A DNA stretch of 32,532 bases, taken from Octopus bimaculoides (lineage: Eukaryota). Positions 1-11,777 of the stretch are shown piece after piece. Position numbers and translations under genes: made by a program. Every line of letters starts with the position of its first letter. The first letter of the stretch is position 1. The notes under the pieces were generated by a model. The model ran no database searches and was not told where the DNA came from. It saw only the letters and a list, made by a program, of their open reading frames with translations. The DNA is taken from positions 15,457,090 to 15,489,621 of the forward strand of contig NC_069003.1 in the NCBI RefSeq assembly GCF_001194135.2. Direction: 5' to 3'.

Positions 1-1079
1 ATATAAATACATACATCAAAATACACAGATGCATACGCACAGACAATCTACGTATATAGGTATATATTTTTTCAAGGCACAAATATATACATGAATACAA
101 ATTTACATACATATACATACATACACATTTAAGTTCGCGCATGAAAAAACTGGTAACAAAAATTGTATCTTAAGCTATGGAGTGGAGGGGTAAAGAGTAA
201 CGTATCTATAATAATGTTATTAATATAGAAAAGGGGGGATATGTGGTTGTCATGAGGAAGGAAAGGAAGAAAGAAAGAGAAAAAAGAAAGAAAGACAGAA
301 AAGAAAGAAAAGAGAGAAAGGTTGGGAATGGGAAGAAAGAAGTAGAGAGAGAAAATGAGCAAGAACGTATGTATATAGTAAACCTGCATAAAATTTAGAT
401 TGCGTATATATGTGTATACAAAAATGCATATAGCATCACGTATATAGATACATATGTTGATATGTACGCAAATACTTACGATCATAACCGTATACATGCG
501 TATGTACACATTCAAGTATGTGTGAGTGTGAACCCAAGTTTACATTCTCATATATAATATAGATGTACACACGCGAATAGATGCATGTATGTGCAAATAA
601 ATATAAGCATATACTCTTACCCATGTACACACAAAAACGTACACGCACGATATCATAACTGCATATGCACAAGTGCAAACCCAGGCCCTATATGTAAGCG
701 CAGACGCACGCATATGAATACGTAAGTGCTGTTACTATACAGACATCTACATAAAAATACCTTTAGATCTCAGTGTATATATGCAGACAACTTCTTAAGA
801 AACCGCCGGGTGTATAAAAGTTAAAACCAGGCGAAAATACATGTATAAATGAATACAAAGTGTTTTAAAAAATAAATAGAATAGAATGAAGTAAAAATTA
901 AAAACAAGTGAGAAGAAAAAAACTATGTATATAACAGTCGAAGGTTTTCTTAAAATGACGTAGGGGTCTATACAAAATTCTTACAACGCTAAATAAATCA
1001 TTTATAATTCGGTACCAATCCAATAGTCAGATTGCACAATGGTTACAAGGAGTCAAACATTATCAAAAAATTATATATA

Positions 1080-1649
1080 CTATCCATACGGTATATTATT
1101 TGCAGACATTTTAAATTTGGACGCATGCCTACATGTATTTAAAAGTTCGCGTCTTTGGTTTAGCGCCTTCTTATCCTGGAATAAAATATTTAGCTTTTCC
1201 AATAAACAAAGATCACATTTCAATGGTCTTTTATGGGCACCGTGTCTGTAAGGCGATGCTCTACCCCAAATCCTCCATGTCACGTTGAAAGGCGGGGCTT
1301 CATTTTCCTTTAATTGCCAGACGTATTTTGCCAGGCTCGTCTTTGTCCTATTTTCAGGGTACCTAAAAGAATTTTTGTGCGAATACAGTCTGGTTTTGAA
1401 AGAATTTTCTGTAGCCCCTGTATAAGTTCTATAATCCTGCGAGCCTTCTATCTGAACTTTGGCCCTATATACGATACCTTTTTCTAGACATCTCCCTTCC
1501 AACGGACAGGAGGTTCGATCTTTGAAATTACAGCTCTTTGTAAGTGGATCGGCATTATTGTTTTTGGCAATTATTTTATTGTTGTGCTGGCTGATCAAAG
1601 AGGCGAAGTTTTTGCAGCAAGAATAGCTAATCTTAAGCGTTCTTCTATT
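1080..1649 (-). mobile_element. Penelope-like retroelement, C-terminal GIY-YIG endonuclease (Cys-rich, Naiad-like type); upstream part lost in an N gap
   Basis: About 190 open codons run to a natural stop: KISYSC...SCNFKDRTSCPLEGRCLEKGIVYRAKV...RTYTGATENSFKTRLYSHKNSF...TSLAKYVWQLKE...KCDLCLLEKLNIL...LNQRRELLNTCRH. The GIY/YIG-like strands, catalytic R, E and N, and flanking Cys motifs are all present. The clade assignment is from motif memory only. Confidence 0.88.
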
Positions 1650-2096
1650 NNNNNNNNNNNNNNNNNNNNNNNNNNNNNNNNNNNNNNNNNNNNNNNNNNN
1701 NNNNNNNNNNNNNNNNNNNNNNNNNNNNNNNNNNNNNNNNNNNNNNNNNNNNNNNNNNNNNNNNNNNNNNNNNNNNNNNNNNNNNNNNNNNNNNNNNNNN
1801 NNNNNNNNNNNNNNNNNNNNNNNNNNNNNNNNNNNNNNNNNNNNNNNNNNNNNNNNNNNNNNNNNNNNNNNNNNNNNNNNNNNNNNNNNNNNNNNNNNNN
1901 NNNNNNNNNNNNNNNNNNNNNNNNNNNNNNNNNNNNNNNNNNNNNNNNNNNNNNNNNNNNNNNNNNNNNNNNNNNNNNNNNNNNNNNNNNNNNNNNNNNN
2001 NNNNNNNNNNNNNNNNNNNNNNNNNNNNNNNNNNNNNNNNNNNNNNNNNNNNNNNNNNNNNNNNNNNNNNNNNNNNNNNNNNNNNNNNNNNNNNNN

Positions 2097-2390
2097 ATAG
2101 GATGAATCTATATTAAATTCATTTGTTTTGTTCATTACGCATCCATGACCGTTATTTGAAACGACCAATCAAACGAATCCATGTGTTTTAAATTTTATAT
2201 CACCTTTGATTGCATTGTTATTCCTTTTCCATTTCTAACAAAACTGTCCGATGAACGGGAACGTGAAACTCAGAGTAACAGTCTTTTGTTATATTTCTGT
2301 TGCTTTTAAATAAAGCATATTACTCTACCTCTGGTATTTGAGTACTCTTTTTTCCACCTTGTTGCACATTTCATGTGCTTACTCCGGTAT
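2097..2390 (+). mobile_element. Probable PLE pseudo-LTR/terminal region carrying a hammerhead, ending at a (TA)n tract
   Basis: It contains the hammerhead at 2243-2282, then AATAAA, and ends in CTCCGG-(TA)n. It does not match the 3' UTR of the PLE at 1080-1649, so it is probably a separate family. Confidence 0.4.
2243..2282 (+). ncRNA. Minimal type I hammerhead ribozyme motif (U4C core variant)
   Basis: Stem I ACTGT/ACAGT (extendable AACAAA/TTTGTT), core CCGATGA, stem II ACG-GGAA-CGT, GAAA, stem III ACT-CAG-AGT, cleavage triplet GTA at 2275-2277. Confidence 0.75.
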
Positions 2391-2421
2391 ATATATGTAT
2401 ATATATTTATATGTGTGTGTG

Positions 2422-2585
2422 CTTTAGTCGAAGAAATCGACCCCAAGAAGACTTCTTCTTTGTAAGCCTAGTACATATTCTATCGGTAACTTTTGCCGAT
2501 TTACTAAGTTACGGGGACATAAACACATCAACATCGTTGCAAAACGACGGTGGGCGGGCGGACAAACATAGACAGACACACACAC
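2422..2585 (-). mobile_element. SINE family A, tail half
   Basis: Reverse complement of the family A tail (GTAAGCCTAGTACATATTCTATCGG...CTAAGTTACGGGGAC...GGACAAACA), matching the copies at 14641-15050 and 28344-28723. Confidence 0.8.
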
Positions 2586-2589
2586 ATGA

Positions 2590-2923
2590 AGACAAGTGTT
2601 TTTACAATAGCCTCGCGACCACCAAAGCACTGTGAATGAATTTGGTAGACGGAAACTGAAAGAAGCCCGTCGTACATATATATAGGTATATATTCTTGAG
2701 TGTGTGTGTTTTTGTGGATATGTTTTTAGTCCTACAATCGCTTGGTAACCGGTGTTGGTGTGTTTACGTCCCCGCTGTTCGGCAAAGGCGACAGATAGAA
2801 TAAGTACTAGGCTTACAAACAATAAGTCTTGAGGTCATTTTTTCGATCAAATAACCCTTTAAGCTGGTGTTTCCAGCATAACCGCAATCAAATGACTGAA
2901 ACAAATAAAAGAATAAAAGAATA
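2590..2923 (+). mobile_element. SINE family A, 5'-truncated copy
   Basis: CAAGTGT...ATAGCCTCG...GGTAGACGGAAACTGAAAGAAGCCCGTCG, an internal microsatellite, and a tail ending GACTGAAACAAATAAAAGAATAAAAGAATA. Confidence 0.85.
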
Positions 2924-2941
2924 CATATACATAATTATAAA

Positions 2942-3318
2942 TGAGGGCAAAAAAAGATTTTCTTATTTCAATATGCTGAAAAATAGATCGTCTAACCACA
3001 CACAATCTTGTTTACTATAAAAAAGGCAGCGAGCTGGCAGAAACGTTAGCACGCCGGGCGAAATGCTTAGCGGTCTTTCGTGTGTCTTTAGGTTCTGAGT
3101 TTAAATTACGCCGAGGTCGACTTTGCCTTTCATCCTTTCGAGATCGATAAATTAAGTATCGGTTACGTACAGGGGTCTTGTGCTTAGAGTAGAAAAGAAT
3201 ATTTTTCACTATAAATACACGGCGTGTATTTATAGTGAAAAATATTGTATGTGGTTAGACGATTTAAAGTCTATTCTTCAGCATATTGGCATCCAGAATT
3301 TTTTTTATTTTGCCCTTG
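2942..3318. mobile_element. Mariner-type foldback MITE interrupted by a SINE B insertion
   Basis: The ends TGAGGGCAAAA and (rc) CAAGGGCAAAA-TA are both CpG-decay products of TA|CGAGGGCAAAA. Arms 2944-3021 and 3229-3316 are imperfect inverted repeats sharing CAATATGCTGAA and CGTCTAACCACA, and the centre is a perfect hairpin at 3198-3246. Confidence 0.55.
3025..3197 (+). mobile_element. SINE family B (GGCGGTGAGCTGGCAGAA head), internally deleted tail
   Basis: A-box-like GAGCTGGCAGAAACG and B-box-like GAGTTTAAATT, followed by the GAGGTCGACTTTGCCTTTCATCC body shared with six other copies. Confidence 0.9.
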
Positions 3319-5282
3319 TACATAATTGTTTATAATGTTCACATTAAAAGGCATTTTAATATGCTGGCCACTGATAAGATTTGTTTTGAAAAATTTTATC
3401 TTTATATTAGAAGTAAATTTATATACACACACACACACACACATATATATANNNNNNNNNNNNNNNNNNNNNNNNNNNNNNNNNNNNNNNNNNNNNNNNN
3501 NNNNNNNNNNNNNNNNNNNNNNNNNNNNNNNNNNNNNNNNNNNNNNNNNNNNNNNNNNNNNNNNNNNNNNNNNNNNNNNNNNNNNNNNNNNNNNNNNNNN
3601 NNNNNNNNNNNNNNNNNNNNNNNNNNNNNNNNNNNNNNNNNNNNNNNNNNNNNNNNNNNNNNNNNNNNNNNNNNNNNNNNNNNNNNNNNNNNNNNNNNNN
3701 NNNNNNNNNNNNNNNNNNNNNNNNNNNNNNNNNNNNNNNNNNNNNNNNNNNNNNNNNNNNNNNNNNNNNNNNNNNNNNNNNNNNNNNNNNNNNNNNNNNN
3801 NNNNNNNNNNNNNNNNNNNNNNNNNNNNNNNNNNNNNNNNNNNNNNNNNNNNNNNNNNNNNNNNNNNNNNNNNNNNNNNNNNNNNNNNNNNNNNNNNNNN
3901 NNNNNNNNNNNNNNNNNNNNNNNNNNNNNNNNNNNNNNNNNNNNNNNNNNNNNNNNNNNNNNNNNNNNNNNNNNNNNNNNNNNNNNNNNNNNNNNNNNNN
4001 NNNNNNNNNNNNNNNNNNNNNNNNNNNNNNNNNNNNNNNNNNNNNNNNNNNNNNNNNNNNNNNNNNNNNNNNNNNNNNNNNNNNNNNNNNNNNNNNNNNN
4101 NNNNNNNNNNNNNNNNNNNNNNNNNNNNNNNNNNNNNNNNNNNNNNNNNNNNNNNNNNNNNNNNNNNNNNNNNNNNNNNNNNNNNNNNNNNNNNNNNNNN
4201 NNNNNNNNNNNNNNNNNNNNNNNNNNNNNNNNNNNNNNNNNNNNNNNNNNNNNNNNNNNNNNNNNNNNNNNNNNNNNNNNNNNNNNNNNNNNNNNNNNNN
4301 NNNNNNNNNNNNNNNNNNNNNNNNNNNNNNNNNNNNNNNNNNNNNNNNNNNNNNNNNNNNNNNNNNNNNNNNNNNNNNNNNNNNACATATACATACATAC
4401 GTACATACATACATACATACATAAATACATGCATGCATGCATACATACATACATACATACATACATACATACATACATACATACATACATGTATCCATAC
4501 ATTCACGGTATCAATCATCTCGAAGCTATTGCGTTGTGGACTCTTGCCCAACCTGGTGCCCAATTGGATCGAACCTAGAACTAGCTGTTTACGAATCGAA
4601 CTTCAAATAATTATATCACCGTCTCTACATACATCCCAAAGGTCTCCATTTAATACGACAAAGTTGAAGCTATGCGCCCGGAAAGACTGAGATCAATATC
4701 ATAATTACCATCAGTATTGTTGTTGTTGAAGATGATGATGATAATGTTGCTGTTGTTGTTGCTGCTGCTGTTTTTGTTGTTATTGACTTACGTCATCTGC
4801 TGTTATTTCCAATATCTTTTCTTATTCAATAAATTCATATTAAATGTAAAAGAAAAATGGCTACCTCAAACAGTGATAACGAGTCTCAGACTATAAATGG
4901 AAGCTGCTGTAACTAATAATATCAATAACAGTAATCATTTAAAGAACTCTTTAAAGATAAAGAAAATAATGGAGGTTTGCAACAAAGGGGATGCTATTAT
5001 AACATTTAGGCATCAATTTGGTGGTACTTCAACAAATTCTCTTAAAAAGAATTTTCAAAGAATTTAATAAAGTCAAGATACTGAACATTCATTTAATCAA
5101 CTCATAAGCGTGGTGTGTCGCTATATTATGTTTTGTTCTTTTGAGAAGGAGAGAGAAAAGTCCGAGGTTACAGACGAACCTCACTAACAGACGTTTATTG
5201 CGGTTTCGGGTCTAGTCCTGCGCAGTGGTAGATTATACAAGATTTTAGCAGCATGGTGCCGGGATGACGAATGTCTTGAAAC

Positions 5283-5660
5283 TTATCTTTTTCCTTATGC
5301 TTGTTTCAGTCATTAGACTGCGGACATGCTGGGGCATCGCCTTGAAGAAATTTTAGTCGAATGAATCTACCGATATCTTTTGCCGAACAGGTAAGTTACG
5401 AGGATGCGAATATACCAAAACCGGTTGTCAAGCGCTGGTAGCTGGACAAACACACACACACACACACACGTGTGTGTATATATAAATGTATGTATATATG
5501 TAGACGGACTTCTTTCAGTTTCCGTCTATCAAATACACGTACAAGCATTTGGTTGACCCGAGGGTATGGTAGAAAACACTTTCCCAAGGTGACACGCCGT
5601 GGGACTGAACACGGGACCATGTGGTTGGGATGTAAGGTTCTATAGGTACAGCTACGCCTA
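5283..5660 (-). mobile_element. SINE family A, near full length
   Basis: Tail TTGTTTCAGTCATTAGACTGCGG, internal (CA)/(TA) tract, TTTCAGTTTCCGTCTA, and a tRNA-like head GGGACTGAAC...CCATGTGGTTGG. Confidence 0.85.
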
Positions 5661-5704
5661 TTTAGTGGACAGAAACCGTACAGAAACTCACTGTGTGTGT
5701 TTGC

Positions 5705-5742
<38 letters not shown>

Positions 5743-6444
5743 TTCACAGAAAACGTGAATGGAGTAATAAAACCCCGTACTCCACCACACTCCGTAACCC
5801 AACGACTATAGACAGAATGAAACATAGTAAATAAATAAATAAGTAATAACACGGGTACAAACAGTGTAATATAAAACCCATATACACACACATATAACCA
5901 CATATACATACCTAGAACATAGACATACACAGACAGATACAGACATAAACGCATGCGCAGATAAGGTTATTTATATAGCACAGAAAGGCAAAATGGAAAA
6001 GACAGAACAAGAACAGGGAGGAGCTGGGACACGAGGATCAGAAAGACACTGAATAGGTCACAGGATGTGTGACGAAAAAATCTGATAAAATAATGCTAAA
6101 GCCATGATCAAATAACTAGTGCGGGTGTTTATTGGCAACAAAGAAAAAGAAAAGAAAACGACCATCCCTAAATACAATAAATAATATATCTTTATGCAAA
6201 ATCTTCTCGGCTTAATTCTATAAATGTGCAATTTTTCAAGATATTTATCACTGTTATCGTTATGACTATAATCATTATAAGCATTTTACCTTTTCTATAT
6301 CGAGCCATCTTTATTTTGTATGATATTATATGAACATATGGAGGTGTAGGAGAGTGACCATATCAACGTGAACGAGAATATGCCTGTCATTATGCACGAG
6401 TGTCTATATGTGCAGATATCACTGCAAGTATGTACATGTGAGCA

Positions 6445-7024
6445 AACATAATTATGTGTGTCATTGGATAAGAATATACTGGCCGGAGTAGGAGTGTATA
6501 TATGTGTGAATGAGTACATACAACAATGTATGTATCTATATCATGTAAATATGAAAATACGGCATTCAGTTTCAAAGTGGCGAGATGGCTAAATCGTTAG
6601 CAGGCCGAGCAAAATGCTTAATGGCATTTCGTCCGTTTCTACGTTCTGAGTTCAAATTCCGCCGAGGTCGACTTTGCCTTTCATCCTTTCGGGGTCGATT
6701 AAATAAGTACCAATTACGCACTGGGTCGGTATAATCGACTTAATCCGTTTGTCTGTCCTTGTTTGTCCCCTCTGTGTGTAGCCCCTTGTGGGTAGTAAAA
6801 AAATAACATAATTATGTGGCCGTGTGCCATTGGATAAGAATATACTGGCTGGAGTAGGAGTGTACATACGTGTGAATGAGTACATACAACAATGTATGTG
6901 TCTATATCGTGTAAATCTGAAAATACGGCATTCAGTTTCAAAGTGGCAAGATAGCTAAATCGTTAGCAGGCCGGGAAAAATGCTTAATGGCATTTCGTCC
7001 ATTTCTACGTTCTGAGTTCAAATT
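6445..7024 (+). repeat. Direct duplication of about 214 bp (unique flank plus SINE B head) bracketing a younger SINE B body
   Basis: 6445-6658 and 6805-7024 differ by about 12 substitutions and one short indel, counted by eye. Confidence 0.9.
6576..6804 (+). mobile_element. SINE family B, type-1 tail
   Basis: The body is close to the 31561-31794 copy, and the tail is TTTGTCTGTCCTTGTTTGTCCCCTCT...GCCCCTTGTGGGTAGTAAAAAAAT. Confidence 0.9.
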
Positions 7025-7158
7025 TTGCCGAGGTCAACTTTGTCTTCTATTCTTTCGGGTTCGATAAAATAGGTACCAGCTGAGCACATGGGTAGTTATT
7101 ATCGACTTAGTCCCTCCCCAAAAACTACCGGCCTTGTACCAAAAATTGGAGACTAATA
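6942..7158 (+). mobile_element. SINE family B, older copy, type-2 tail
   Basis: Diverged body; the tail CCCTCCCCAAAAACTACCGGCCTTGTACCAAAAATTGG resembles those at 20362-20792. Confidence 0.85.
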
Positions 7159-7555
7159 TGAGGTATTGAGTTTCATGTGTATATATACCAATGTGTGTGC
7201 ATATATCAAAATATATAGCATGGACGATTATCTAACGTGGTAATAAATTAACTCCAAATTCAAAAAATAAGAATTGTCAGAGAACAGACAGAAAAGCGAA
7301 TGGAAACAAAAGGTGAAGAAGGCAACTGGACACAAGTGACATCTGCTTAATGCCTGATGACAAGTCACTCAAAACCTACTTAAGATGTTACAATCCGACC
7401 TCTATGCCTTTACCTAGCTTTGGTTTCATATTCTGTATTCTATCTCTCTCAAAATAATATGATTAACCCCAACTCAAAGCCGGTAATGTTTCTAATTCAT
7501 TCGTTTGTATTGATAATTTATTGGCCGAAATATATCTATGTATATATTTGTATGC

Positions 7556-7601
<46 letters not shown>

Positions 7602-8790
7602 GCTTTTACTTAACTGTCTTATTATTGGTGTATTTTATTCTATTTCATTTGATTTTTTTCTAATTCTTTATTCTTCTATCCTTCTATAGTTTATTATATA
7701 TTTTTATGGTTGTATTGCTTATATGAGAGGAACTCGTTCCGTTTATCGCCGTTCATTATGGAGAAAACGGAATGCTACTAAAATCTGTTGATATGGAAGT
7801 AAGTGAAACGGCAAGTAAAACACGAGATACTTATTTGAAAAGTCACCTGATGAATCAAAACTATCGTAATGGTCTTGAATAAGGAGCTTCATGAATTGCA
7901 TTTTCTGTCCCTCATCTTTTTATATATATAAACTCTCCAGATATAAAATAATCCCTGACTTAACTGTAGTGGCATCTCCCTCCATATTGTTGTAGCATCA
8001 GGTGACCGAATACTGTGGTCGTACATGGAACAGCAAACAGGAAAGTGTCGATCTGAATATAGAATTATTACTACGTATTGGCGCAGGTGTCGCTGTGAGG
8101 AAAGAATGGTTAATTGTGTATTACGTTCACATTTTGGGGTACGGAGAGATATTTAGACACTTCAAATAAGGTTAAGGTTATTTTCAAGTATAGAGAGAAG
8201 CAGAAGGTATTCATGTTAGGATACAGATAGAGCTTAGAGAAGATAATGAACCTTATGTGGTATTATAATTATATAAGGTTGTGAAGTTATAAAGTTGTAA
8301 CCTAATAGAAGTAATTACAATTACAATGGGAGTTATTCTGGCTAAGGTAGAGGTGAAGGGATAGAAATAAAGGGTATATTATCATAAGATGTATTTGAAT
8401 ACACCTACGTATACAAATACTAATAGGTATATGGATCAAAACTCACGGATAAATTCTTAAAAATAAGTACTTAAACATAAATTCTTAGAAATATATACAG
8501 TAACATCCCAAAGAAAAACTATTGTAATCATATATATATAATGACAATAGTTTTTCGTTGAGATGTTACTCCATATATTTCTAAGCATANNNNNNNNNNN
8601 NNNNNNNNNNNNNNNNNNNNNNNNNNNNNNNNNNNNNNNNNNNNNNNNNNNNNNNNNNNNNNNNNNNNNNNNNNNNNNNNNNNNNNNNNNNNNNNNNNNN
8701 NNNNNNNNNNNNNNNNNNNNNNNNNNNNNNNNNNNNNNNNNNNNNNNNNNNNNNNNNNNNNNNNNNNNNNNNNNNNNNNNNNNNNNNNNN

Positions 8791-8830
<40 letters not shown>

Positions 8831-9004
8831 TAGTTAGACATATATATATTTATAAAGAAAATAATATATAAGGTATATCGAGAATGTTACACATAAATTA
8901 GAAAGGGATGGCAATTAATATATAATGCTCAGATTAGAAATAAATTATTTTATTATCAAACGGGGAACTAGCTCCAATAATAATTAATATTAATGATATT
9001 TAGA

Positions 9005-9372
9005 GAAAGTGTGTTTAGCCTTTTGAAGGCAGAAAAGGTTTCTTTCTTTTTAGTATTAAGTAGAAGAAGATTGGCCTTTAATATAAATATAGAATCTCAC
9101 TTATATACAACAAACATTTCTTATTCTTTAAATCATACGCAGGATGAGATCATAACTAATACCCTTATCTTTAAGGCCCCATATATAATTACTCAAACCA
9201 GTTGAATCCCTCCTATTTCTGTTTCTCTAGGTATACACATGGTAACTCAGTCTACGTTTCATATGGTTTTGGTATTTACTACACATTGAGAACTTACTAC
9301 ACATTGGTAAACTAATTCTTTTTTATTGCAATTGTCACTAAAGACAAAATGGGAACGCAATACACAGTTACC
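9005..9372 (-). pseudogene. Decayed PLE GIY-YIG endonuclease (same Cys-rich type as 1080-1649)
   Basis: Manual translation across frameshifts gives GNCVLRSHFVFSDNCNKKELVYQCVVSS / MKRRLSYHVYT*RNRNRRDSTGLSNYIWGLKDKGISYDL / NKKCLLYISEILY / LKANLLLLNTKKKETF. These blocks are colinear with the motifs of the 1080-1649 element. Confidence 0.8.
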
Positions 9373-10290
9373 CACTTCAATTGTAGTCTATAAGTCTGAA
9401 TACATTTTCATTCATTCATTTTCACTTTTGTCATCTATTTATCTACTTGTTTATTTTCTTATTTTATTTGCTTCTTTTGATTACTTATACATATGATTGG
9501 AATCAATTCATATATAGATATAAATGAGTGTGTCTACAGGCTGATATTTCTCGATTGATTATTCTCTCCATTTTCTTATTTGCCTCATATACGTAAACAC
9601 ACATACAAATATATGTACATATATATACACACACGTGTACAGTTATTCATACATACAAGCATGTGTGCATATATAGATGTATATGTGTATGTATGTATAT
9701 ATATATATATATATATATATNNNNNNNNNNNNNNNNNNNNNNNNNNNNNNNNNNNNNNNNNNNNNNNNNNNNNNNNNNNNNNNNNNNNNNNNNNNNNNNN
9801 NNNNNNNNNNNNNNNNNNNNNNNNNNNNNNNNNNNNNNNNNNNNNNNNNNNNNNNNNNNNNNNNNNNNNNNNNNNNNNNNNNNNNNNNNNNNNNNNNNNN
9901 NNNNNNNNNNNNNNNNNNNNNNNNNNNNNNNNNNNNNNNNNNNNNNNNNNNNNNNNNNNNNNNNNNNNNNNNNNNNNNNNNNNNNNNNNNNNNNNNNNNN
10001 NNNNNNNNNNNNNNNNNNNNNNNNNNNNNNNNNNNNNNNNNNNNNNNNNNNNNNNNNNNNNNNNNNNNNNNNNNNNNNNNNNNNNNNNNNNNNNNNNNNN
10101 NNNNNNNNNNNNNNNNNNNNNNNNNNNNNNNNNNNNNNNNNNNNNNNNNNNNNNNNNNNNNNNNNNNNNNNNNNNNNNNNNNNNNNNNNNNNNNNNNNNN
10201 NNNNNNNNNNNNNNNNNNNNNNNNNNNNNNNNNNNNNNNNNNNNNNNNNNNNNNNNNNNNNNNNNNNNNNNNNNNNNNNNNNNNNNNNNN

Positions 10291-10736
10291 NNNNNNNNNT
10301 TATATTCCCCAAAATCAAAAAATCCTTACGGAATAGCAGACGCCAACCAAAAAATCTTTAAAAACAACTTACAAAGGTAGAATTCAAATCGGAGAATGAA
10401 TCAGAATTCTTAGTAAAAGAATGTGGAGGCAGGAGATGTGGAACATGCAACAACAACAACAACTTTAGATACTTAGAAAGTGGTTCCCACATGAAATTCA
10501 AGATCGGATCCCTTTTCAACATAAATGCTGATATGAAATGCAAAACGCAAAACCTCATGTATTGTATTACCTGCCCAAATAGCAAAGAAAATTACATTGT
10601 CGAAACAAATAATTCCCTTTGCCAACCTACAAGAATCCACAGGCAACATATCCGACAAGAGGAATTACACAAGATTCCATTAAGTAAGCATCTGGAAATA
10701 TGCAGCGACAGAAAATTCAGAATTTTTCCCGTTTGA
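10291..10736 (+). pseudogene. PLE RT-endonuclease linker and GIY-YIG domain, Neptune-like type
   Basis: One frame with a single internal TAA (10359-10361): SRRQPKNL*KQL...VKECGGRRCGTC...MKCKTQNLMYCITCPNSKENYIVETNNSL...HRQHI...PLSKHLEIC. This has the CxxRCxTC linker and the IYxIxC...YIG (here YIV) motifs. Confidence 0.87.
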
Positions 10737-11018
10737 GACAGTACATTTTGTTTTCTAAATATAACTCAAATATCGGAAACATAATGCTCATCTCTGTAAA
10801 TATTCAAGTGTATATATGTGACGTTGAGATGTTCTGATCTTTGCATGTTTTTCTAGTTTGTTAGTGTTATACAATTACAAATTCTACTTTGCAAGTGTTT
10901 GTAAGTATTCTGTAATGCAAAAACATGAAATTGACAGAAGAGCGATTTTGGTTTTCAATGCAAAACATCGACGTTACACAGTATAAACATGGACATGTTC
11001 CCAAACACACACGCACAC

Positions 11019-11056
<38 letters not shown>

Positions 11057-11777
11057 CATCAAGGGATTCTCTCCAAAATTGAATGTATGAAAGAAAATCG
11101 GAAACAGTATATTTTGTATTCTAAATTTAACTCAAAGAGGAGAAAAATAAAGAGTAAAAAAGAAGGAAAGAGGAGAAAAAGGAAGAAAAGGGAAAACAAA
11201 GACGAGAAGAAAAAGGGGAGAGAGAAAAAAAGCAAAAGGACTTTCAGTGATGAAGACATCACACCTGTTTTTTTTTTTTAAGAGATCACCATCCTTAAAC
11301 CCATTCCAATACAATGGTAAAGGACTAAATAAATAAATGAATGGTGATTAGGAAGGGGGATCCCCCTTCTCTCTCTCCCACACTCTACCAATCTAGCTCG
11401 CTAGCTATCTCTCTGACTGTCTATCTATCAACGTATCTACCTACCTATATTTCTATCTATGTATCTCCATTGTCATGGAACCTCACCCAAAAAAAAACAA
11501 AAACGATATTCTCCTCTCCTAACCCCACCACCCCCCAAAAAGCATCTGTTTTATATAAATGAACAAGTTGTTTGTACATTCAGAAAATTTTATTTGACAA
11601 GTTCCAGAAAAGAACGCAAACGCTAATAATAATGAAGAAATAAAAAGATCTTTTCCAAAATTCTGACGACCTTTCTCTCAATATACATATACAAACACAC
11701 CTATAAATATTTATATACAAGTTATGTATACATATATACATAGATACACATACATACACACACACACACACACACAC

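Noticed and set aside
129-515. Hydrophobic, membrane-protein-like ORF
   Set aside because: It is the reverse translation of a GA-rich and TA-rich tract, as is 11059-11262.
4857-4916. Short ATG-initiated frame MATSNSDNESQTINGSCCN
   Set aside because: It has only 19 codons and no recognisable motif or splice support.
7335-7392. CTGATGA inside a GTGACATCT/AGATGTTAC hairpin (hammerhead, SECIS or C/D snoRNA candidate)
   Set aside because: There is no GAAA, no proper stem II or III, the geometry does not fit a SECIS, and no D box is present.
7843-7885. TCAC-CTGATGA...GTAA-TGGTC-TTGA hammerhead relic
   Set aside because: GAAA is mutated and stems I and II are broken; it may be a real fossil but is not supportable.
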